DNA of 64,000 nt, taken from NCBI RefSeq assembly GCF_006345805.1, contig NW_021830457.1, positions 1-64,000 of the forward strand. Direction: 5' to 3'. This stretch comes from Octopus sinensis. Taxonomy: Eukaryota. The translations under genes were made by a program, and so were the position numbers. Shown here in pieces: positions 15,046 through 28,374 of this stretch (positions are counted from its first letter, which is position 1; every line of letters begins with the position of its first letter). Under the pieces are notes generated by a model, which was given only the letters and a program-made list of their open reading frames with translations, was not told the DNA's origin and ran no database searches.

Positions 15046-15445
15046 ACTAGCAGTATCGCCCGGCGTTGCTCGGGTTTGTATGGGAAATAACTATATAAGC
15101 ATTTTTAGAGAGTTATAGCCAAAAAAATAGCAAAAAAATGCATTAAAAATGGAAAACAAATTATGGTAAATTTTTTTTTAAATCGTTGACTCATCGTAGA
15201 CATTTTTAGAGAGTTACTTCCCTTATATAATAGCGAAAAAATGCATTAAAATGGAAAAAAATGATGGTAATTTTTTTTAAAATCCTAGACTCATCGTAGA
15301 CGCGCGCTAATACCCAGAAGGGCTCGATATGAATCACGACTATAAGATACCCGGTTTTGGTTTAACTGCACCGCAAAATGTGGGAGTAGTTAGGAATCTA
15401 AATCGTAGGAGACAGACACACAACTTCACTTTTATATATAAAGAT
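15046..15445 (+). mobile_element. Non-autonomous Helentron-type (HINE/DINE-like) element
   Basis: Starts ACTAGCAGTATCGCCCGGCGTTGCTCGGG, with a subterminal CCCG/CGGG hairpin. It has an internal tandem duplication and ends CTTTTATATATAAAGAT. Confidence 0.6.
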
Positions 15446-16199
15446 TTTAAAGAATAAATGGTAGATTATGTACCTTTGATATCGAATGATGTGAAGGATT
15501 ATAGGATGGACATTGGTCTGTGAGGGTGAAAAGGTGGTTTTGGTGATGCAGTTACCACAGAGAATTACAAGCACTGAGCTTTGCGCTTAAAGATGAAATA
15601 TTGTATAAAGACGAGAAGCTTTGAGAGCAGTCATGAGTAATCTGCGGCCCGCGTGACTTTCTGAATGGCACGCATAACGAAGAATTAACTTTTTTAGTAA
15701 TGGTGATAAACCATGTCTCTCATGGTTTCCGCTTCTCGAAATTAGCTGCCAATGCCTGCCTGTTTTAGATTGGCCTGTAACTCTCAACCACTCTGTTTTC
15801 TTCTGTAGCATTGGAATAAACTTTTGTGAAACGAGTGTTGTGATACACAAACGGTCGAGATTGGGTGGTGATGGAGCGAGGCACGGTTTGATGATATCTA
15901 AAGAGTAAAGCAATGGTTCCCAAACTTTTTCAGGCTACCACCCGCTTGGCATTTAGTCCACACTCCAAGCGCCTCTGCCCTGCTCACCCCCATGAGCATA
16001 GACCACTTTCTGCAGCAAATTTAAAACAACTGTATATCGCAAATAAAACTTAACCTTGTTAACCCATCGTTTTTTTTTTACATCCATCGTCCCTTTTGGT
16101 CGCCCCATTATTATATCTCCTTTCTTCAACTCTACCCCACTGGATCTTTCCACTGCCCCCAAGAGGCTGTATCGCCCACTATGTCAACCACTGGAGAAG

Positions 16200-17130
16200 G
16201 TCTGGTGCTGGAGCCGTAAGTGTTAGATATCTGAAGAGAAAAGAATGGTTGAAGAGCATTCTTATGGCTGGTCATAAAAAGAAATGGGAATGATGGTGGA
16301 ACCTTGAATATTGGATATACGAAGAATGCAGGGAGATTTTGGAGCCGTGGATTTCAGCTATTTCAAGAGTAATGAGTGGTATTGGATATCGGCAGATTGA
16401 TAAGCAATGGCAGTGGAACCGTGAAATGTTGGGGTATTAAATAAATGATAAACGGTTGTGGAACCATGGATTTCGGACAACGGAAGAATAAAGTGTGATA
16501 ATGGCGAAACCGTGAGTAATTGGATGTCAAAATAATGATATTGGAGCCGTGGAAGTTTCTATATCTAATAAGTATGAATAGCGGAGAACTGTGGGTACTG
16601 GATAGGGAAATACAATGAGTGATGATGGAACAGAGGATGTTTGATGCTTAAAGAGTAATGAGTGATACTGGTGTCAGAGATATTTAAGGAATAAGAAGCG
16701 GCGGTGGTCCGTGAACATGAGATATCGACAGAATAAAGACTAGTAAACCATGGAAGTAAATAGCAAAAGAATAAAGATTGATATTGGAGTTGAAGATGTT
16801 GGCTAACTAAAGATTAAAGAATGACATTGTTACCGTGGATGCTGGATATTTAATGCATAAACACTGGTGATTTATCATAGATGTTACGCATCATAATAAT
16901 AAAGATTGATGGTGGAGCAGTAGATATTCGATATCTGAAGAGTAAAGAGTGATACTGAAGCTGTGTATGTTGATTATTTTAAGAGTAATAAGCAGTGTTG
17001 GAGTTGTTGTTGAGTGAATATCTAGAGAATAAAGATTGTTGGAGGAGCCGTGGATACTGGAGAATGAAAATACGGTGCTAGAACCGCGCATGGTTGGATA
17101 TCTAAAGAATAAAGGTGTTAGCGTTTTGGA
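16200..17130. repeat. Ancient ~40-bp degenerate minisatellite
   Basis: Recurring unit is approximately TGGAGCCGTGGATATTGGATATCTAAAGAATAAAGAGTGATGA. Confidence 0.7.
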
Positions 17131-17552
17131 TATCAAAACAACACCCAGTCTTAATAGCAGCCAGGCCTGGACACCCGAACAAAACCCAGCCTTGGATACC
17201 CGATTCCGTGACAAATAAAACGAAAGAAAAAGACCGATGACATGGAAATGAACAGGATAAGAAAATTATTTTTTAAAAATATTTTCAGGAATAAATAATA
17301 AATTATGGACCTTTTACATTTGATGATGAGGAAGATTATGGGATATCATGCATGATATTTGAAGAAGGAAAGTAGTGGTGGATTAATAAATAATTGGAGA
17401 GAGACAGAATATTTGGGTGATGCTGTCTTGGATGTCTGTATCTAAGGGAAGATAATGGTAAATAGCAGTAATGGAACTGTTGATAGTTGGGTACCAAAAT
17501 TGTAATAGAGGAAGAGACTTGAATGATCGAAACTTTTATCTTTTACATTATT

Positions 17553-17792
17553 TACATTATTTAAATTTGACAGATATTTGTCCTCATCTTGTTTGTTCTA
17601 AACATAACATTTCGGCTTATATACCCTCCAGCCTTCATCAGGTGTCTTGGGAAAATTTCGAAACTGGGTTCTGATTCCTAAAGTATTTTCAATGTTATTA
17701 TTATTATTATTATTATTTATTATTCAGGTCACTACTTGGAATCGAACTCGGAATCTTGGGGTTAGTAGCCCGCGCTCTTAACCACTATGCTA
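17553..17792 (-). mobile_element. tRNA-headed SINE-like element carrying a hammerhead motif
   Basis: On the minus strand: A box TAGCATAGTGG (17792-17782), anticodon-like arm GGGCTACTAACCC, B box GTTCGATTCC (17747-17738), an (AAT)n linker, ~55 nt, the hammerhead at 17645-17602, then an A-rich tail. Confidence 0.6.
17602..17645 (-). ncRNA. Minimal type I hammerhead motif, slightly decayed
   Basis: The minus strand reads ACAC-CUGAUGA-A-GGCU-(12 nt)-AGCC-GAAA-UGU-U-AUGU. There is an extra A after the core. GAAAUG probably decayed from GAAACG, and stem I has one mismatch. Confidence 0.65.
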
Positions 17793-18011
17793 CAGAACTT
17801 TTATCTTTTACTTGTTTCAGTCATTAGACTGCGGCTATACTGGGGCACCACCTTGAAGAATTTGAGTCGAAGGAATCGACCTCAGTAATTACTTTTTTAA
17901 AAGACTCTTAGTTATTCTATCGGTTTTTTTGGTCGAACCGCTGGGTTATAGGAACATAAACAAACTAACACCAGTTGTCAAGCGGTAGTGGGTGACAAAA
18001 ACACACACACA

Positions 18012-18065
<54 letters not shown>

Positions 18066-18603
18066 CACACAAGGCTTTGGTTGGCCAAAAGTACAGTAGA
18101 AGAAAATTGACCATGGTGCCACGCAGCGGGTCTCATCTCGGTACCGTTATATGGTTATGTAACAAACCTTCTACCACACAGCCTTACCTGAGCCAAACGT
18201 TAGATATCTAAATTTTTCTCTTCAACCACAACATACCATTCAAAGACAATATTTATGGACAACAGCTTCGGAAGCCATCAACTTGCCTACCTACGTTATA
18301 CAAAAACATTTGTACCAGTAATTATTGAGGGGTGCGGGTATAAAACTTTGAAAGAATCCGAAAAGCTATTTATTTTTTCAGAAAATTCGGATTACGTAAT
18401 TCCATAACACAAGACCAGCGAGTATTTTCACACGTAACTCATTGATGTCTATATTCTTAGAATAGATGTATTCCTTCGTTAAATATAAACCTATGCCTTA
18501 TTCTAAGAATGAATACAAAGAATACGAAATAAAATCCAAATATACACCCATACGCATAAACATACACACACACATTACATTCAATAATACATACATACAT
18601 ACA

Positions 18604-18636
<33 letters not shown>

Positions 18637-18640
18637 TATA

Positions 18641-18685
<45 letters not shown>

Positions 18686-19718
18686 TATAGATATATAATA
18701 TTATATATATATATATATATATAGGCTCTACGTACGGATAAATACATTAATGTGTATACGTAGAGACACGAATTCACACTCACACACACATATACACACA
18801 CGCAAACACCGACAATATACACACGTACACACACATACACACGTACGCACGTACGCATGCACACGCACGCACACATATATTCATACGCGAAGTATGAAAG
18901 CATTATTCCCAATATACTGACGGACTCTGAAATAATTTCCCTACAAAATAATCAGAATATTTCTCACAGATTTTACGTCTTCATTGCTTGGGTCTATTCA
19001 TTCTCACCGTAAACAAATGAAACCTTGTAAAAGAGATCCACATTTTTTTCTCTCTCTCCCTGTTTTTTTGCACAAATGAATGACTTCGTGTAGGCAACAA
19101 CGCCCCTGTAGTTCCAGCTGATACCCAAAGAATTCGTCGAAGACAAGTTCTCTGGGGTATCGCAGTGGTAAACCAAGCATAAGGTAAGACTAGATTTCAC
19201 AACAGAATCCTATTTTACATATTTTCCTGTTCGGAATTCCGATTTCTCCCTTCGGATTTCCTGTTCTTTAATATTATTTAAGCAAACAATAGATATGAAT
19301 AAGGATCTTATAAGGAATCAGTTGTAGGGGACTTCATAACCAGATATCTCTTTCTCTCTCTCGCTATATATATATGTATATATATATATATATGATTATA
19401 TATATATATATATATATGATTATATATATAAATATAATTACACACACATACATATATACATACATATACGCATATGTGTGTGTGTATGAATTTGTGTGTA
19501 TGTGTATGTATATGTTTGATGTATGTAACGTGTTTATTTACGTATGTGGTTATAATCTCAATATCTGGATATCTAAGCAAATCTTCTAAGACCACAGAAA
19601 ATGCATTATATTGTCTTATATGCGATTGTGCATGTGCATGCGCGCGCAAGTGCTCCTGTGTATTCATGCATATATACAATGTATATAATATATAACATAT
19701 ATATATATATACAAACAA

Positions 19719-19807
<89 letters not shown>

Positions 19808-20447
19808 ATATGTATGTATGTACGTATGTATGTATTCAAACATGCATAATCGGGTATATGTATTTATGAAAATATATATATTTATAAGGATATTTCAATA
19901 CATTTTATAATGTATGTATATAAATACATGTACCTCCACTCACACACACGTGCACAGACTTATTTATAAATACACATATAAATATCTATCTACGTACCTA
20001 CATCTATCAATGGATTCGTGCATCTATATCCGTATAAATGCATTATGCATCTATATATATATATATACTATATATATATATATATAGGGATGTAAGTTAG
20101 GAAGATTGTGATTGAGTAGGTTGAAAATATTATGGATGCCACAATAAATATATATTTTGATATTTTGTTAAGGTTTCCCATCCGTTCAGGAAAAAAATAT
20201 TTTTCCATGTATTTTATTTGCGGTGGGTACACAAAACCGCGAAGTCACCAGTGCTTGAGAAAAGAATTGTACACATACATATTACGTAATACATATATAT
20301 ATGTATGTGTGCGTGTTTCTCCTGTATTCCATTTTTTCTCGTTTTTACGTATTTCATGTTATTTGCAACGTTGGTTGACAGCCTGCATGTTTTTACATAC
20401 ATACACATACATGCATGCATACATACATATAGACATTCGTACATACA

Positions 20448-20503
<56 letters not shown>

Positions 20504-20551
20504 ATATAATATATATATATATGCATGTATATTTATATATATTATATTATT

Positions 20552-20582
<31 letters not shown>

Positions 20583-20683
20583 CTGTTTATTATATATACA
20601 TATATATAACATATAACATGGTTTGTCCATAGCACTTACTCAGCTTTACCTTTGGGTCTTATTGACACCATTACCTCTCATAA

Positions 20684-20750
<67 letters not shown>

Positions 20751-21167
20751 GGCGCAGGAGTGGCAACGGGTTAAGTACCTTGCTTCCCAACCACATGGTT
20801 CTGGGTTCAGTCCCATTGCGTGGCACCTTGGGCAAGTGTCTTCTACTATAGCCTCGGGTCGACCAAAGCCTTGTGAGTAGATTTGGTGGACGGAAACTGA
20901 AAGAAACCCATTATGTATATATGTGTGTGTATGTGTAATTTTGTGTGTATGTGTATGTTTGTGTGTCTGTGTTTGTCCTTCCAACATTGCTTGACAACCG
21001 ATGCTGGTGTGTTTACGTCCCCGTAACGTAGCAGTTCGGTAAAAGAAACCTATAGAATAAGTACTAGGCTTATAAAGAATAAGTACTGGGGTTGATTTGC
21101 TTGACTAAAGGTGGTGCTCCAGCATGGCTGTAGTCAAATGAATGAAACATGTAAAAGAAGAAAAGAA
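20751..21167 (+). mobile_element. Family B tRNA-derived SINE (GGCGCAGGAG head, internal microsatellite)
   Basis: Head with GGGTTCAGTCCC box, GGCACCTTGGGCAAGTG body, internal (TA/TG)n and tail CCAGCATGGC..AGTCAAATGA.TGAAACA. Confidence 0.85.
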
Positions 21168-21620
21168 TATATATGTATATATATATATATAACGTAAAGG
21201 TAGCACAATGATATAATCCAGATTTGGCTAACCACATCGAATTACACCATACCTCATTTGATAGGTTAATCCTAATTTTGCTTCATTCGATTTCATCACA
21301 GCAAAGACACCAATAAGGAAGAGTGGAGAATTATACATCGTCGAAATATATTTATTGCAGTATTATTGCCATGAAATACACATTAAATTTAATGAGAAGA
21401 ATATTGTAATAAACGAATTTTGAAGATGTCTAAATTCTCCATTCTTCTTTATGGTACACACACACACACACACACACACACAATGTACCCACTCGTATAC
21501 ACTCACACACACACATACATGGACACATACACACACGACTTATTGCAATACACACCGCGGTCTGTCGTAGCAGGTGAACCGTCTAAGAATTCAAAGGTCA
21601 GGAAAAATAAAATGTACACG

Positions 21621-21660
<40 letters not shown>

Positions 21661-21684
21661 CACACACACAACACACACACACAC

Positions 21685-21718
<34 letters not shown>

Positions 21719-22094
21719 CATAAATACACACACACATGCACACACTCACACACAACACACACACACACACACACACATTTATATATGGGCATTAACATTT
21801 ATTTTTGCCACGATAAATATATTATTACATATATGGCTTTGAGCTGGCAGAATCGTGAGCCTGGCGGGCAGAACGGCGTAGCGGCATTTCGTTCGTCTTT
21901 CCGTTCTGAGTTCAAATTCCGCCGAGGTCGACTTTACCCTTCTTTCTTTCGGAGACGATAAAAAAGTACTAGTTGAACTCTGGGTGGGGGAAAGTATCAC
22001 CTGCAATGGTTACGCTCATTTTAAATGACTTTTCACTTCATGCCTATATAAAATATGGTTCAAAAGTCGATTAAGATTGTTCATCATTTTTTTA

Positions 22095-22286
22095 GGCGTA
22101 GGAGTGGCTGTGTGGTAAGTAGACGCAGGAGTGTCTGTGTGGTAAGTACCTTACTTACGAACCACATGGTTCCGGGTTCAGTCCCACTGCGTGGCACCTT
22201 GGGCAAGTGTCTTTTACTATAGCCTGGGGCTAACCAAAGCCTTGTGAGTGAATATGGTAGACGGAAACTGAAAGAAGCCCGTCGTA

Positions 22287-22344
<58 letters not shown>

Positions 22345-22590
22345 CTCTGTGTGTGTGGTGTGTGTGTGTGTGTGTTTGTGTGTCTGTGTTTGTTCCCCCA
22401 CCCAACATCGCTTGACAAACGATGCTGATGTGTTTACGTTCCCGTAACTTAGCGGTTCGGCCAAAGACATCGATAGAATAAGTATTAGGCTTCCAAAGAA
22501 TAAGTCCTGGGATCGATTTGCTCGACTAAAGGAGGTGCTCCAGCATGGCCACAATCAAATGACTGAAACAAGTAAAAGAGTAAAAGAGAG
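22095..22590 (+). mobile_element. Family B SINE with a duplicated head segment
   Basis: The segment GCAGGAGTG.CTGTGTGGTAAGTA occurs twice at 22095-22150, and the body and tail are complete. Confidence 0.85.
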
Positions 22591-23570
22591 TTAAGTTTCG
22601 AGTTAAGTCCATTCTGAAGAACAAGAAAATATACAAAAAAAAACCAAATACCAACAACGATGTAGATGAGTTCGCGGCGCTTATTGAAACTCGGCTGTGC
22701 TGATAACAAATCGACCGTGATAACCGTTACACCAGGGGGTCCACCTGATCGCTGCTATCGTACTTAGCTCTCGTAAACAATCCGTTGGATCAGCTTCTGC
22801 TGTTTAGCTCTGCTTGTATTACATAAACTTCGTTCGTATTTTTGACAGTTTCTGAACCCCCGGCGGAGAGTTCGTCTGGTTGTTGTCAACACAGACTACT
22901 CTCACACCAGGTACTTCCAGGCTGTCTTCTAGTACGATCCCAGGATATTGAACGTAATATAAACCGTTGAGATTTTTAAGTAGATTCGCAAGCACACCAG
23001 AGGATGGGAAAATGTGGAAAGGATCGCCTATGAGAATTCAATCATGTGTGTTTGTGAGAGAGGGAGAGAAAGAAAGGGGGTATGTGTGAATAGGCCAGTG
23101 TGAAAGAGAAAGAAAGAGAGATGGAGAGATTGAGAGAGAGAGGAGAAAGAAGGAGAGAGTGTGTGTGTGTGAGAGAGAGAGAGTGTGTGTGTGTGTGTAC
23201 ACACATGTACGTTATATGATAATGCGGGTGTTTGTTTATGAGCACGTAATTATAACTATATTGAAAAGAGAAACAAATTTATCTTCTATCTTGTTTATAT
23301 ATATATAAGTATTTACGGTTGTTTATGTACTTTTTCATACAGACGTACCACCCACACAACTTTTATTTCATTCCTATAGATTTGTATACACAACACAAGC
23401 AACATACGTGCACATACTCACGCATATATATATATATAAAGTTAATCCAAACAAGAAAACACAAAAAAAAAACAAAAAAAAAACAAAACAAAACAAAAAA
23501 ACACATCAACGCGAGGACGTGGAACAAATAAAGTATTATTGGACGCTCAAGAAAGAAGGGAAGAAGGAGG

Positions 23571-23605
23571 GTTTAACGTTTCGAGCGGAGCTCTTCGTCG
23601 GAAAC
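23571..23605 (-). ncRNA. Minimal hammerhead-like motif with a variant core
   Basis: The minus strand reads GUUU-CCGACGA-A-GAGC-UCC-GCUC-GAAA-CG-U-U-AAAC. Stems I and II are perfect, but the core has U4 changed to C. Confidence 0.6.
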
Positions 23606-24680
23606 ATAGGAGAAGGAAAGATCCAGAGAAGGGAAGATATATATATAATTAGAACCTGAAGGCGCATGACTCAGTGGTTAGACCACTGGGCTCACAATCA
23701 CGAGGCAGTGTTGGGCCGTGTGTTGTGTTCTTGAGCAAGACACTTTATTTCACGTTGCTCTAGTTCACTCAGCTGTAGAAACGAGTTGAGATGTCTCAGG
23801 TGCCAAAATGTATCGGCCCCTTTTCCAGTCTCTTGGATAACATTAGTTGCGTGGAGAGCGGTGGCTGGTGTGCATGGGCAACTGCGAGTCTTCTTTGGAA
23901 AACAACTTTGTCCGGACTTCTGCCTCGAAGGGGAACTTTCTAGGTGAAATCCCATGGTCATTCATATGACTGAAGGGGTTCTTCAATTTATATACATATA
24001 TACTATACATATATATATATGTATACACAAACACACACACACATATACACACGCACATATATATCTGCGTGTGTGTGTGCGTGTGTGCTTGCGTATGTGT
24101 GTATGTGTGTAGTTGTGTATTTATCAACCTTTTCTCTGAATATTTGTCTATATTTATGTATATATATTCATAAATGTGTGCGTTAGCCATATGTTTATAT
24201 GTATATATATATATATATGCTTCTACCACAGGTATTTATGTATGTACATATGCATCTATCAGTCGTATGTATAGTATTTATCTGTATAGCCACTGCGATA
24301 ACCTGGTTAAATATCTCTATGAAGATAATCGTATTTCTTCAATCCTTATCGTTTATTTACCCTAACTTACATCTTCTGTTGTGATTTCGTGTTGTTTCAT
24401 AGAAACAGATTTTGTTTTAACCCCGGGTCGGTCCTGATTGCACACACCTATAATAAAAATCTCTCTAGCCTTGACCAGCTAGTCTTTTAGTTTTCGTTTT
24501 TGATTGTTATTTTCCTCAAAACAAATATCTAGAAATACATCCACCAACGTATTTTATTGTCGAAGATACCAAAAGTGAAATTTGAGGAAGATCCAGCTGT
24601 TCTATTTAACAAGTTGATTGACCACGCACAGGCTTTCTCGTTAACCCGTTAATTTGCTTGGTTTAGTGCTTAGCATATTC

Positions 24681-24979
24681 CAGAGGTTCTGAAACTTTTT
24701 GGTCCACCGCCCCCCCCCCCTCATGACCACATAATATCCTCAGTGCCCCCATCCCTATTTTTATGTATAACTCTTTTTGTTCTTGTTTCATTCATTTGAC
24801 TGCGGCCATGCTGGAGCACCACTTTTGTCGAGCAAATCGACCCCAGGACTTATTCATTGTAAGCCTAGTACTTATTCTATCGGTCTCTTTTGCCGAATCG
24901 CTAAGTTACGGGGACGTAAGCACACCAGCATCGGTCATCAAGCGATGTTCGGGGGACAAACACAGACACACAAACATAT

Positions 24980-25020
<41 letters not shown>

Positions 25021-25426
25021 CGACGAGCTTCTTCCAGTTTCCGTCTACCAAATTCACTCACAAGGCTTTGGTCGGCTCGAGGCTATAGTAGAAGACATTT
25101 GCCCAAGATGCCACGCAGTGGGACTGAACCCAGAACCATGTGGTAGGTAAACAAGCTACTTACCACACAGCCACACCTGCGCCTATAATAAATATTTTAT
25201 ATTTTACTAATTTATATATATAATATGAATCATTTGATATTTAATATAAAATTTGTATAGAATATTATAATACATTTTTAGAGTCCCCCAATCCACTACA
25301 GCCTTCCTCCAAACGCCTCCTTTTTCTCTACCAATCTCAACCACCCCCTTAGGCGCCAGCGCCCACCTGAACCGTCTCAACGCTCACTGGAGGAGGGGGC
25401 GATAGCGCCCACTTTGAGAACCTATG
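24681..25426. mobile_element. hAT-type MITE with a nested SINE
   Basis: TIRs are CAGAGGTTCTGAAAC and CTTTGAGAACCTATG. The flanking 8-mers GCATATTC and GTGCATTC are a possible decayed TSD. A SINE lies at 24775-25183. Confidence 0.6.
24775..25183 (-). mobile_element. Family B SINE
   Basis: Reverse complement of the same head, body and tail. Confidence 0.85.
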
Positions 25427-26274
25427 GTGCATTCGGATGACGGTCGTAGGTTTGTGAGTTCGATTCCAGGTAGTTCGTTTTGTCCTTAAACAAAACACTT
25501 TACTTCTTGTTGTTGCAGTTCACTTGGGCTGCTAAAACTTTGGTTGGACTTGTAATTCAATGGGTCGACCTTGTCACATTCTGTGTCACGCTGAATCAGC
25601 ATGAGAACTACATTAAGGACACATGTGTCTGAGGAGTGCTCAACCGCTTACACGTTAATTTCAGAACCAGGCTGTTCCGCTGATCGAATCAACCGGAACC
25701 CTCGTCATCGTAACCGACGGAGCGCCAAGCAGAATGTGTATGCGCAAGCAGTTAGTCCGGTAAGTATATAGTGTTAGATTGGTAGCTGCCGTCTACTTCG
25801 CAATAGCATCGCACCATTCTTATTCTGTTCTTATTGTATTTTCTATTTTCGCAAATAAAAAGAAACTTTTGCATTCCTGAATCAGTTAACCTAAATAGGT
25901 GAGAGAACCAATGCGTTTTACATTGTTTTTTGCTATTTCAGGACATATGCATCCGTACAAACATCAAGAGAAGACGGAGTGCGTGTCGGAGAGAGAGCGT
26001 GAATGAGGGAATGCGAAGGAAAGAAAGAGGGGAGAAGTGAGAAAGTGAGAAAGAGAGAGAGTAGAGCGGTTCCCTCCAAGTTACAATGGTTTAATATATT
26101 ATACTATGAAGAGATATCTCTTCAATAAATATATTACAAATATCAAATATTATTAAGAAAGAAAATGGGGAGATATAAGGGTTAAAATTAATTCATTAAT
26201 TAATTAACATTGCCTTCAATTGTTTCAATTCACACTAATTGAAGATGTTAAGAGGAATATTACCTTTTATTGTG

Positions 26275-26580
26275 GAGGAGCAGTGGCCCAATGTTTAGGG
26301 CAGTGGACTCGCGGTCGGAGGATCGCAGTTTCGATTCCCAGACCGGGCGTTGTGTGTATTTATTGAGCGAAAACACCTAAAAGCTCCACGAGGCTCCGGC
26401 AGGGGTGGTGGTGACCACTGTTGTATTCTTTCGCCACAACTTTCTCTCACTCTCTCTTCATGTTTCCTGAGTAACGCTGCGATGGACTGGCGTCCTGTCC
26501 AGCTGGAGTGAATACATATGCCACAGAAACCGGGAAACTGGGCCCATGAGCCTTGCTAGGCTTGAAAAGGGCGATGTTTA
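26275..26580 (+). mobile_element. tRNA-derived SINE with a MetaSINE-like central domain
   Basis: The head AGTGGCCCAATGTTTAGG...TTTCGATTCCC is followed by GCTGCGATGGACTGGCGTCCTGTCCAG and ACAGAAACCGGGAAAC. The domain assignment is from memory. Confidence 0.6.
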
Positions 26581-27072
26581 CGTTATAACCTTTTATTATT
26601 ATTTTTTACTATTTTTACTTATCATAGTCTGAATAGTTTTTATTATTTTTATTTTTATCAATTCTTATCACTTTTTAGTGATATTTATTATTTACTTTTA
26701 CTTATTTTTATCTTTATTTTTATTTTTATATATGCATATTACAAATTTTCATACTTTTATATATTTTATTTTATCATATTTTAAGAAAGATATAGACGTG
26801 CGCGAGCACACACACACACACACACACACAGACGCGCGCGCGAACATACACACGAATAACCAAACATGCTCTCATCTACTTAGTCTGTTAAAATATCTCA
26901 ACTGGTCAACATGTAACATCCTTAATGTCCCTTCGCCCTGATGATATTCCACTCAAAATCTTCAATTAAGTGTGATTTGAGACAATTGTAGGCAGACTTT
27001 TAATAAATTAATTTTATCCATTAAATCTCTCCATTTTCTTATTTAATAATAAATAATATTATATATATATAA

Positions 27073-27821
27073 ACTAGCAGTATAACCCGGCCTTGCTCGG
27101 GATTAAGCTACGATTATTAAGCTAATCAAGTTCTTTATTTCAAACCAAACTAAGTAATATAAACGTCAAATTTGGGCGAAATGAGTTGAAATTAGTTATA
27201 TTATATATATGTATTATACGTATAATATATATATTATATATATATATATATATAATATAATATAAATATATATGGGCAACAGACACGAACACACATACAC
27301 ACACATACAGTATGTACGTACACCTATTGCATGTTTTGTGCACGCATACATGTTCATAAACAGAAATGAATGGAAAAAATGTTGTTAAATTTGTAGATTA
27401 ACGCTCGCACAATTTTAACTAAGAAAGAAATCGGTTTTTTTGCGTGGAATCAACTACTCTGGCCTCAAAATCCTTTTTGCGGTCCGTGAAAGGGAGTGGG
27501 GGTGGTGGAAGCCTCGCAAATTGTACCCATTTATATTGTGTAATTCACTGACAAATTATTACTCACTTCTTTGTTTCTTTGTTGTTAAATATATGGGTTG
27601 TCAACAAAACACTTTTCCACTCGGTGTAAAATAAAAATAAAACTCTTTCGCACCCAAAGTAATGTGTGTGAGAGAGAGGGGGGGAGAAAGGTGAACGATT
27701 TAAAATAAATATATTGTAATTGTGTGAGAAAGTATATATACTATGATTTTAAAATATAGGGTGCCTTTCAAAAACAAAAAACAAAACATTTTACATTTTA
27801 TTTCTTATGAACGTAGTCACT

Positions 27822-27869
<48 letters not shown>

Positions 27870-28175
27870 TTGTCTTTCCCGTGAAACTCTCTGCCTCCTT
27901 CTTCCACTTTTCTTTATCTTATTTTTTTTCATCAAAAAGCAATGGCTGATATTTGTTATGGCTAAAAGCTATGGTTGAAAATGGTTGAAAATAGATTTTT
28001 ACTCTATCCGCGGATGCCTCGGGAAAAAAATAAGTTAACAAAACCCAGATAGGATGTTGACAAATGTCCTCCTAAAATTTGAGCGACATGCGTGCTAATT
28101 TGTGGATGTGCATAAATTACAATCACGTACACACACACACACGCAGACACATCCTCCCTTGTATAGATATGATTA
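27073..28175 (+). mobile_element. Longer Helentron-type non-autonomous element
   Basis: Starts ACTAGCAGTATAACCCGGCCTTGCTCGGG, as at 15046. It contains internal microsatellites and ends with (CA)n...CCCTTGTATAGATATGAT. Confidence 0.5.
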
Positions 28176-28310
28176 GAGATAAAACCACTATTATGCAGCT
28201 TAAAGAGTGATAGACATAAACCAAAACATATATAACAAATAAGATATATTTTTATAAAACATATAAGTAGATTTCAAAAAGTATAAAAATGAATAATCGA
28301 TATAGAATAA

Positions 28311-28341
<31 letters not shown>

Positions 28342-28374
28342 TGTATGTATGTATGTATCTATCTATATATATAT

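Noticed and set aside
14520-17130. CRISPR-like arrays
   Set aside because: The units are contiguous degenerate minisatellites without unique spacers, in clearly eukaryotic DNA.
17725-17792. Functional tRNA-Ser gene
   Set aside because: It has A and B boxes and an ACT anticodon-like loop, but no complete acceptor stem and no Ser variable arm. It is better explained as a SINE head.
19094-19183. 90-nt coding exon (TAG|G ... AAG|GTAAGA)
   Set aside because: The splice signals are good, but all three frames contain stops. It could only be non-coding, and there is no further support.
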